NCBI GenBank assembly: GCA_035293825.1
Contig: DATGMC010000009.1
Span: 20,290-44,289 of the forward strand
Length of the DNA: 24,000 nt
Direction of reading: 5' to 3'
DNA from: Bryobacteraceae bacterium
GTDB taxonomy: Bacteria > Acidobacteriota > Terriglobia > Bryobacterales > Bryobacteraceae
Numbering within the stretch: the first letter of the stretch is position 1; the number at the start of each line of letters is the position of its first letter. The notes beneath the pieces were generated by a model. The model saw only the letters and a list, made by a program, of their open reading frames with translations. It searched no databases and was not told the origin of the DNA. Below are positions 10,021 to 17,600 of this stretch, piece after piece. The position numbers and the translations under genes are program-made.

Positions 10021-11742
10021 ATGGCCCAAGTTCAGGCGAGCCCGAAAACATATGACGTCGTAATTGTCGGCTCCGGCGCCGGCGGCGGTGTAGCCGCGCA
10101 CGTGCTGGCCAATGCCGGCGCGAACATCTGCATGCTCGAAGCCGGCGAATGGTTCGATTGCACAAAGGATTCCAAGATGTTCGGCTGGCCCTACCAGGTG
10201 CCGCATCGCGGTTCCGGCACCAAGTACAAGCCCTGGGGCTATTTCGACGCCACCACCGTCGGCGGCTGGGAGATCGCCGGCGAACCCTACACCAACGCAC
10301 CGGGCAGCGACTGGATCTGGTGGCGCGCCCGCATGTTGGGAGGCCGCACCAACCACTACGGCCGCATTTCGCTGCGCATGGGCCCTTATGATTTCAAGCC
10401 CTACAGCCGCGATGGCAAAGGCTTCGATTGGCCCATCACCTACGACGATCTCGCGCCCTACTACGACAAAGCCGAAGAGCTGATCGGCGTATTCGGCTCG
10501 CATGAGGGCCTCGAAAATACGCCCGACGGCAAATTTCTTCCGCCACCCGCGCCGCGCGGCTACGAACGCCTCATCAAGATGGGCTGCGACAAGCTCAATA
10601 TCCCGTGCATCCCCTCGCGCCTGGCAATTCTGACGCGTCCGCACAACGGCCGCCCCGCCTGCCACTACTGCGCGCAGTGCGGTCGCTCCTGCGGCGTGAA
10701 CGCCAACTTCAATTCGCCCGGGGTCCACATCATTCCCACCCTGCACAAATATCCGCACACCTTCGAAGTGCGCAACAACGCCATGGTGCGCGAAGTGCTC
10801 GTCGGCAAAGATGGCCTCGCCACCGGCGTCTCTTACATCGACAAGAAAACGCGCCAGGAAATGCAGGTGCGCGCCAAAATCGTCGTGCTCGCTGCCAGTT
10901 GCTGTGAAACCGCGCGCATCATGCTGAACTCGAAGAGCTCGCAGTTCCCCAACGGCGTCGCGAATTCGACCGGGCTCGTCGGCCGCTACATCATGGATAC
11001 GGTCGGCTCCGCAGTCAGCGGCTTCTTGCCCATCATGCAAGACTTGCCGCCGCAGAACGAAGACGGCGTCGGCGGCATGCACCTTTACATGCCCTGGTGG
11101 CTCTACAAAGAGCAGAAGGCGAACAAAATGCCCTTCGCGCGCGGTTATCACATCGAGATCGGCGGCGGCCGCGGCATGCCCGGCGCGGGCGAACTCGGCG
11201 GCTACGCCACTCGCTTCCTCGATGGCGGCTACGGCGTCGAGCTCAAGCAGAATCTCCGCAAGCTCTACGGCTGCGATGTCTACTTCGATGGCCGCGGCGA
11301 AATGATCCCCAACGAAGACAGCTACTGCGAGATCGATCCAAACGTCGTCGATGAATGGGGCATTCCGGTTCTCCGCTTCCACTTCAAATGGAGCCAGGAC
11401 GAAATTCTGCAGGCCAGGCACATGCAGGAAACGTTCCAGGAAATCATTCACGCCATGGGCGGCATCGTCACCTACAAGCACGACGCCAGCGATAACTGGG
11501 GCATCTCGCGCGGCGGCGAAATCATCCACGAAGTCGGCGCCACCAAGATGGGCGACAATCCGAAAACGTCGGTGCTCAACCAGTACTGTCAGGCCTGGGA
11601 TGTGAAGAACTTGTTCATCACCGACGCCGCGCCCTTCGTCAGCAACGCCGACAAGAACCCGACGCTGACCATCAGTGCGCTGGGCTGGCGTACATCGGAA
11701 TACATAGCCGATCAGGTCAAGAAATTCAACGTCAAGGTCTGA
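10021..11742 (+). CDS. GMC-family FAD-dependent oxidoreductase; catalytic subunit of a periplasmic dehydrogenase, with a Cys-rich putative Fe-S motif
   Basis: The track ORF starts at 9922, but the ATG at 10021 gives MAQVQASPKTYDVVIVGSGAGGGVAAHVLANAGANICMLEAG, a Rossmann GxGxxG right at the N-terminus and no signal peptide. The C-terminus is typical of GMC_oxred_C (NLFITDAAPFVSNADKNPTLTISALGWR). Internal motif CHYCAQCGRSC at 10660-10692. Confidence 0.9.
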   Translation: MAQVQASPKTYDVVIVGSGAGGGVAAHVLANAGANICMLEAGEWFDCTKDSKMFGWPYQVPHRGSGTKYKPWGYFDATTVGGWEIAGEPYTNAPGSDWIWWRARMLGGRTNHYGRISLRMGPYDFKPYSRDGKGFDWPITYDDLAPYYDKAEELIGVFGSHEGLENTPDGKFLPPPAPRGYERLIKMGCDKLNIPCIPSRLAILTRPHNGRPACHYCAQCGRSCGVNANFNSPGVHIIPTLHKYPHTFEVRNNAMVREVLVGKDGLATGVSYIDKKTRQEMQVRAKIVVLAASCCETARIMLNSKSSQFPNGVANSTGLVGRYIMDTVGSAVSGFLPIMQDLPPQNEDGVGGMHLYMPWWLYKEQKANKMPFARGYHIEIGGGRGMPGAGELGGYATRFLDGGYGVELKQNLRKLYGCDVYFDGRGEMIPNEDSYCEIDPNVVDEWGIPVLRFHFKWSQDEILQARHMQETFQEIIHAMGGIVTYKHDASDNWGISRGGEIIHEVGATKMGDNPKTSVLNQYCQAWDVKNLFITDAAPFVSNADKNPTLTISALGWRTSEYIADQVKKFNVKV

Positions 11743-11757
11743 AGAGGTAAAACGAAA

Positions 11758-12441
11758 ATGCCAGAGACAAACGTTAGCCGCCGCGGCTTATTGCAAATCC
11801 TGGGAACCGTGCCTGCCGCTGCCGGCGCGCTCCGTGCCGCAGAGCCGCACATGCATCCAATGCAGCCTCAGCAGACGGCGGCATCGGTTCCGCTCACCGG
11901 CCCCGGTTACAAGCGCCAGACCTTCGACGACCATCAGTGGCAGACTGTGCGCGTGCTCTGCGATCTCATCATCCCGAAAGACGATCGCAGCGGCAGCGCG
12001 ACCGACGCCGGCGTCCCCGAATTCCTCGACGACTGGATCGCCTATCGCGCCGAGCAGGACGGCAACGACAATCTCAAAGCTCAGATCTTCGGCGGCCTCA
12101 TGTGGCTCGACCGCGAATCCAACGACAAGTTCCAGAAAAATTTCGCCGACGCCTCGCCCGATCAGCAGAAACAGCTCCTCGATCGCATTGCATACCCGAA
12201 ACGCGCTGCTAAAGAAGATCACGCCTGGGTTCGTTTTTTCAGCGAATTCCGCTCGCTGACCGTCGGTGGTTTCTTCTCGAGCAAAGTGGGCGTCGCCGAC
12301 CTCCCGTACTTAGGCAACGTCGCCGTCGCCGACTGGAAAGGCTGCGATCCCAAGGTCTGGGCCGAGATCGAAAACCGCCTCAAGAACGGCTACAAGGGCA
12401 TCCTGGAAGCAAAACCCTGGAACAGCTCCTCGCAAAGCTGA
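11758..12441 (+). CDS. Gluconate 2-dehydrogenase subunit 3-family small subunit with a twin-arginine (Tat) signal peptide
   Basis: 227-aa ORF starting 15 nt after the GMC stop. N-terminus MPETNVSRRGLLQILGTVPAAAGALRA has a Tat motif (SRRxLL), then a hydrophobic region, then an AxA-like site. The size and its pairing with a GMC gene are typical of this family. Confidence 0.8.
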   Translation: MPETNVSRRGLLQILGTVPAAAGALRAAEPHMHPMQPQQTAASVPLTGPGYKRQTFDDHQWQTVRVLCDLIIPKDDRSGSATDAGVPEFLDDWIAYRAEQDGNDNLKAQIFGGLMWLDRESNDKFQKNFADASPDQQKQLLDRIAYPKRAAKEDHAWVRFFSEFRSLTVGGFFSSKVGVADLPYLGNVAVADWKGCDPKVWAEIENRLKNGYKGILEAKPWNSSSQS

Positions 12442-12476
12442 GCGCAGTGTGGGGCGGACGTTCACGTCCCCGGCGG

Positions 12477-14204
12477 ATGCTCCCGATCCGGTTTTCGGCT
12501 TTGCTCGTCGTCGCGGCCATGTCTCTCATCGCCGCGCCGCCCCAACTTCAGCTCTGGTATTGGCATCACTCCGACCTCAATAGCGACAAAGCCGTCGCGC
12601 AAAGCAAAGCTCTGATCGACCGTGCCGCCAAAGCCGGCTACAACGGGCTCGCGTTCTGGGACGGCGGTTGGATCTTTCTGGGCGCACCCTTCTGGCCAGC
12701 CGAAAACGCTGCCCGCCTGCGCGAAGTCTCCGAGTATGCGGTGAGTAAGGGCATGCGCGTCATGGGCTCGGGCGCGCCGTTTGGCTGGTCCAATCCCGCG
12801 CTCACTGCCTCCAACGGCAATTTCTCCGAAGGCCAGCGCATTACCGGCGCGCGTTTTCGCGTCGCGCCCAACGGACGCGAACTCGAGTTCGTCAACGGAC
12901 TCGCGCCGCTTGAAAATCCCGGCTTTGAAAACGGCCGCGAAGCATGGTTCGGCACCGGCGACCCCGCCATTGGCCTCAGCTCCGCCTCACATTCCGGCAA
13001 ACAGGCAGCCGTAATTGTCGATGCCACCGGTAACGCCCGCTTCCGCCAACGCATTTCGCTGACTCCCTGGCGTCAGTACCACATCCGCCTCTGGATGAAG
13101 TCGAAAGAGTTCCGTGGCGGCCCGGCCGTCGTCGAAATCCAGGACTTCTGGCATCGCAAACGCTTCCGCTTCTACACCGCACTCGCCGCCGCCGGGACGC
13201 ATGACTGGAAGCGCCTCGATTTCACCTTCGATAGCCAGGACACGGGCTGGGCTTACCTCTATTTCGGCGTCTGGGGTCCCACGAAAGGCGTTCTCTGGTT
13301 CGATGACGTGCAGCTCGAAGAGACGGCTCCGGTCTACGTCGTCCGCCGCAGCGGAGCGCCGCTCACTCTCTACGATCCCGACCACTCCCGCACCGTCTAC
13401 CAGGAAGGCCGCGACTTCAACTACGTCTGCGATCCCGTTCTCTCCAACCCCAAAACCGTCTTCCGCGACGACTATCACACGCCCGTCCACATCACGCTTC
13501 CCGGCGGCACGCACCTGCGTTCCGGACAGACGGTCGCGCTTGATTACTACGCCGCTTTCCCGATTCCCGGCGACGGGCAGATGGCGATGTGTCTCACCGA
13601 GCCGGGCGTTTTTCGCTGGATTGAAAGCAATGCGCGCGCTACGAAAGACGTACTTCCGCCTCAGGGCGATATGCTGCTGGTTTACGATGAGCTACGCCAT
13701 GCCAATTCCTGCGCGGGCTGCCGCGCCCGCCAGCTGACTGCCGGCGAACTGCTCGCCTGGAATGTGAATAAGGTAGCCGCAATCTACCAGCGCCTTCTGC
13801 CCGAAACACCGCTCTGGGTCTGGAGCGATATGTTCGACCCGCTCCATAACGCCCACGACAACTACTACTACGTCGAAGGCGATTTAGCCGGATCGTGGAA
13901 GGGTCTGCCCGCGCGTGTGGGCGTGCTCAACTGGAACCATCCGCATTTGCGCCAGTCGCTCGAATGGTTCGCTGGTATGCACAGCGAGCAGCCCGTCGCC
14001 CATCGCCAGATCATCGCCGGCTATTACGACAGTGGCCGCGGCGCGACGGCTCGCGAAGATTTCGAGACCGCCCGTGGAATTCCTGGCATCGCCGGCATCA
14101 TGTATGTCAGCTGGAAGGACGATTACTCCCAGCTCGAAAGCTTCGCCGAAGCCGCCCGCGCCGGCTGGCGCGAATATCAGTCCAGTGTCCGCGCCGGCCG
14201 TTAA
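12477..14204 (+). CDS. Secreted hypothetical protein: (beta/alpha)8-barrel-like glycoside-hydrolase-like fold interrupted by a CBM_4_9-like carbohydrate-binding domain
   Basis: The track ORF begins at GTG 12447. The in-frame ATG at 12477 gives a clean signal peptide (MLPIRFSALLVVAAMSLIAAP). Alternating strand/helix-like blocks: LWYWHH, GYNGLAFWD, GMRVMGSG ... MLLVYDE, LWVWSDMFDP, GVLNWNH, IIAGYYD, GIMYVSW. Residues encoded by 12915-13322 read as a CBM: NPGFENGREAW...HSGKQAAV...WRQYHIRLWMKS...HDWKRLDFTF...GVLWFDDVQLEE. Confidence 0.6.
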   Translation: MLPIRFSALLVVAAMSLIAAPPQLQLWYWHHSDLNSDKAVAQSKALIDRAAKAGYNGLAFWDGGWIFLGAPFWPAENAARLREVSEYAVSKGMRVMGSGAPFGWSNPALTASNGNFSEGQRITGARFRVAPNGRELEFVNGLAPLENPGFENGREAWFGTGDPAIGLSSASHSGKQAAVIVDATGNARFRQRISLTPWRQYHIRLWMKSKEFRGGPAVVEIQDFWHRKRFRFYTALAAAGTHDWKRLDFTFDSQDTGWAYLYFGVWGPTKGVLWFDDVQLEETAPVYVVRRSGAPLTLYDPDHSRTVYQEGRDFNYVCDPVLSNPKTVFRDDYHTPVHITLPGGTHLRSGQTVALDYYAAFPIPGDGQMAMCLTEPGVFRWIESNARATKDVLPPQGDMLLVYDELRHANSCAGCRARQLTAGELLAWNVNKVAAIYQRLLPETPLWVWSDMFDPLHNAHDNYYYVEGDLAGSWKGLPARVGVLNWNHPHLRQSLEWFAGMHSEQPVAHRQIIAGYYDSGRGATAREDFETARGIPGIAGIMYVSWKDDYSQLESFAEAARAGWREYQSSVRAGR

Positions 14205-14356
14205 AGCTTAGTCGTTCCAGCGCACTCCGCGTGGCCGCAGCCGCACTGGATATCCGGCGTCTTCCCGGCTCCCTCGCAGAATGAGCTGCAATAGTCACTG
14301 CCCTCTTTTGCCCGGCAGTTGCAGGACGGATGCGCGCATTTCTTATCTTCAGCCAT
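14201..14356 (-). CDS. Bacterial metallothionein-like protein (SmtA/BmtA family 14 pattern), 51 aa
   Basis: This lies inside track ORF 14201-14422. The internal ATG at 14356 is preceded by GAGGTGG with a 4-nt spacer (GAGGTGGAATATG). Product: MAEDKKCAHPSCNCRAKEGSDYCSSFCEGAGKTPDIQCGCGHAECAGTTKL, with 8 Cys and 2 His. The spacing K-C-A-H-x2-C-x-C ... Y-C-S-x2-C ... C-G-H-x2-C parallels Synechococcus SmtA as I remember it (KCACEPCLC ... YYCSEAC ... GCGHTGC). Confidence 0.7.
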   Translation of the reverse strand: MAEDKKCAHPSCNCRAKEGSDYCSSFCEGAGKTPDIQCGCGHAECAGTTKL

Positions 14357-14439
14357 ATTCCACCTCGGCCAGTTGGACTCCCCGCGCCGGGAAACTGACA
14401 CATGGAAACAGAAGCCGGCCAAACGCGTCCGACTAGCAA

Positions 14440-14607
14440 ATGTTGCGCGATTCGCTCTTTCTTTTGATCTTTTTCATCCTGCTCGTCATCTGGCTGATTT
14501 CCTGGCTCGCCTTCCACGTCGCGGGCGGTCTGATCCATCTCCTGCTCGTCATCGCGGTCATTGCGCTGGTCATCCACCTGCTTCGAGGCCGCGGCCGTCC
14601 GGCCTGA
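14440..14607 (+). CDS. lmo0937-family small membrane protein (55 aa, two TM segments)
   Basis: Not in the ORF track because it is under 60 aa. ATG at 14440 follows an in-frame TAG at 14434-14436; TGA at 14605-14607. Product: MLRDSLFLLIFFILLVIWLISWLAFHVAGGLIHLLLVIAVIALVIHLLRGRGRPA. The GGLIHLLLVIAVI...L.GR core matches the lmo0937-type small protein family as I recall it. No clear SD. Confidence 0.65.
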   Translation: MLRDSLFLLIFFILLVIWLISWLAFHVAGGLIHLLLVIAVIALVIHLLRGRGRPA

Positions 14608-14609
14608 CT

Positions 14610-17600
14610 TCAGAACAACAGCTTCAGCCCGAACTGCACCTGCCGTGACGTGGTCGACGTCGCCGTAATCACACCCGCCGTCGGCGAAGGCGCGCTGTTC
14701 GCCGCCGTAAACACCACCGGATTCGGCGTGCTGAAATTGACATGATTGAGCGCGTTGAAAAACTCCGCCCGGAACTGCAGCCGCACGCGTTCGGTAATCG
14801 ATGTGTTCTTCAGCAACGACGCATCGAGCGAAACGATGCCTGGCCCGATCAGCGTGTCACGCCCAACGTTCCCATAGGTGCCGCTGGCCGGCGAAACAAA
14901 CGCGTTCGGATCGAAATACAGATTCGGCGAACCCAGCATCAGGTTGCCCGTAAATGCCGGATTCCACGAGGGCCGGATCGGATTCCGGCTGTCCCCGTTG
15001 TTCGTCGGATTGTAGCCGAGCTGCGGCGTAAACGGCAGCCCCGATTGCACACTCTCGATCGCGCTGATCGACCAGCCGCTCGCCAGCTTATCGCGCCAGC
15101 CCTCCACGCCGCCCAGGAACTTCTTCCCGCGCCCGAGCGGCAGTTCGTAGGTTCCATTGATCGTCGCCAGATGCCGCACATCCGTGGTCGACAATCCGTA
15201 ATCCCACTTCGGATTCAAAGGAAACATCACAAATCCCGGCGCATTCGACGCCACGCTGCTGTTCCAGGCAGTCCCATCGTCCAGGCTCTTCGAAAACGTG
15301 TAAGCGCCCCGCAGTTGCAAACCGTTGGTGAAACGCCGCGTCAGATCGATCTCAAGCGCGTTGAAGGAACTGACTCCCTCGGAAAACCAGCTCGTCGTAT
15401 TCGCCAGTTTCGGATTCGCCAGCACCGCGTTCTGCGGGTAATACACCGAACCGTTGGCAGTAAAGCTCGGGAACGGTTCATTCGCATCGAGCGACAGTAT
15501 CTCGTGGTACCCATGCGATCCGGCGTACCCGACGCTCAGCGCTGTGTTCGGTGCAATCTCCTGCTGCACCTTAAAAGTCCAGCTCAGAATCGTCGGCGTG
15601 TACGCATCCGGTTGAATGCCGCTCGGCGAAATCTTTCCGCTCGCCGGCAACGCCTGGCCCGGCACAATCTGCAGCGCGCTTAACGGCACGTTCTTGAGTG
15701 TCTGGGTGGCGTTGAACGGAGCCGTCTGATCCAGCCGGTAATCCAGATTGTCGAGCAGGAACCGGTAAATTCCGAACCCGCCGTTGATTACTGTCTTGCT
15801 CTTTCCGAACGGATCCCAGGCGAAGCCGAAACGCGGTTCCGGCAAAAATTTCGCCCGGTTCACCGTAAACGCGGAACTCGCAATGCGCGGATCAGTCGCA
15901 ATCACGCCGTTCGGAAACGTGTAGTTCGCACCCCGCCCGTGCGCTTCATTCCAGCCATTGGTCGATTCGAAGCGGAAACCAACGCGCAGCTCGAGCCCGC
16001 GTACCGGCCGGATCGCATCCTGCACAAAAACCGCGCCCTCAAGCGACCGCCAGCCCAGCGGTGTGGGCGAAGGAATCACCGTAAACGTAGAAACCGTGCC
16101 CTTCAGGAAAGCCGCCAAACTACTGAAAGATGCCTGTCCATACTGATACTGCGCCAGATTATCGTTTGCCTGAATCCGCTGCAGCCACACGCCCGCCTCA
16201 ATTTGATGAATGCCTTTGTTGATCGCGATGTGATCGTCGTAAGTGAAGAGATTCCGCACCGCCGAAAGATTGCTGCCCGCATTCGTCCCGCCGAGCGAGA
16301 TCTGCGATGCGCCATTCAATGCCGTTCCGCCGCCGATCACGACCGCTCCGATCGGATCGCCCGCAACCCATCCCGGCACATCCACCGGCGTTGTTCCAGT
16401 AAAGAAGTAGCCCGCGCGCGAAAAGCCGAAACGCGCCGTATTCAGCACGCTCGGCGAAAACACGTGCTGCTCCTGCACGCTCGCCACCTGCTCCCGCAAC
16501 GTCTCAAACACTCCGCTCAGCGGATTCTGCGAGGGCGTGTTCGCGCCGCTGTCATCGATCGTGTACACGCCAAAAAATGTATCCCGGTCGCTGATGTTGT
16601 AATCCAGCCGGGTCGTACCGAAGTCTTCCCGAATCGTCTGCAGCGGATTGCTGTAAGCCAGTCCAATGCCGCCGCCCAGGCTCGGCCCGTTCTGCACCGG
16701 CCACAACGCCAGCAGCTCTTTCGCCGCCGGACTGATCTTCGCGCTGTTGCGTGTCGCATTATCCGGCACAAACGTCACATCGCTCAGCCCGAGATGCTGC
16801 CGGAACCCTTCGTAATTCCCAAACAGAAACAGCTTATTGCGCTTGATCGGCCCTCCCAGCGCGCCGCCAAATTCGTTCCTCTGAAACTGCGGAATCTTCT
16901 GATCGAAAAAGTTCCGCGCATCCAGATCGCTGTTCCGCAAAAATTCGTACAAAGACCCATGCAGCTGATTGCTGCCTGACGCGGTAACGATGCTGACCTG
17001 CGCGCCCGGCCGCTTCCCGTACTCCGCGCCATACGTATCGGTGACCACGTTGAACTCGCGAACCGCATCCACACCCAGCAACTGCCCGCTGGTGCCGCCC
17101 GGCGTGTTGTTGATCTCGGAAGCGCCCGTGTACTCGATGCCGTTCAGCAGAAACAGGTTCTCCTGCGGCCGGTGTCCCGAAACCGCGAACATATTCCCCA
17201 CCGCTGAATTCGAAGTCCCGATCCCGCCCGAGCGCTGCGAGGTGTAATTCACCGTCGCCGGATTGAGCGTCATCAGATTATCGAAGCTGCGCCCATTGAG
17301 CGGCAACTCCTTAACCTGCTTCTCGTTCACCAGCCCCGACGTCTGCTGGGTCGTCACGCTGACCGCCTCCGGCTGATCCTCCACCGTGACGACTTCGTGC
17401 ACCTCACCCACCGGCAGCACCAGTTCCACCTGCGCCGCCTGCCCGACCACCAGATTTACGCCCGCTTTGATCTGCGTCTGAAAGCCGGTCTTACTCGCCT
17501 CCACGTTGTACGACCCGACCGCCACCGACGGCACGACAAAACGTCCTGCCGAATCCGTTTCCAGCGTCCGCTCACTACCGTTTTCGTTGTTGATCAGCCT

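Noticed and set aside
9916-11529. A 537-aa minus-strand ORF opposite the GMC oxidoreductase.
   Set aside because: The translation is Ala/Val/Gly/Asp-rich with no recognisable motif. The + strand frame, in contrast, gives a textbook GMC flavoprotein. It is an antisense shadow ORF.
14390-14409. Direct repeat GGAAAC-N8-GGAAAC in the divergent metallothionein/small-protein promoter region; a possible metalloregulator site.
   Set aside because: Two 6-mers are statistically weak. The arrangement is direct, not the 12-2-12 inverted repeat used by SmtB/ArsR regulators. No regulator gene is nearby.
14107-14648. Track ORFs 14107-14577 (minus, 156 aa), 14201-14422 in its full 73-aa form, and 14319-14648 (plus, 109 aa).
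   Set aside because: The region is better explained by the SD-preceded 51-aa metallothionein ORF (14201-14356) and the 55-aa two-TM ORF (14440-14607). The 156-aa and 109-aa products are acidic or Arg/Pro-rich and antisense to those ORFs. The 22-residue N-terminal extension of the 73-aa form has no support.
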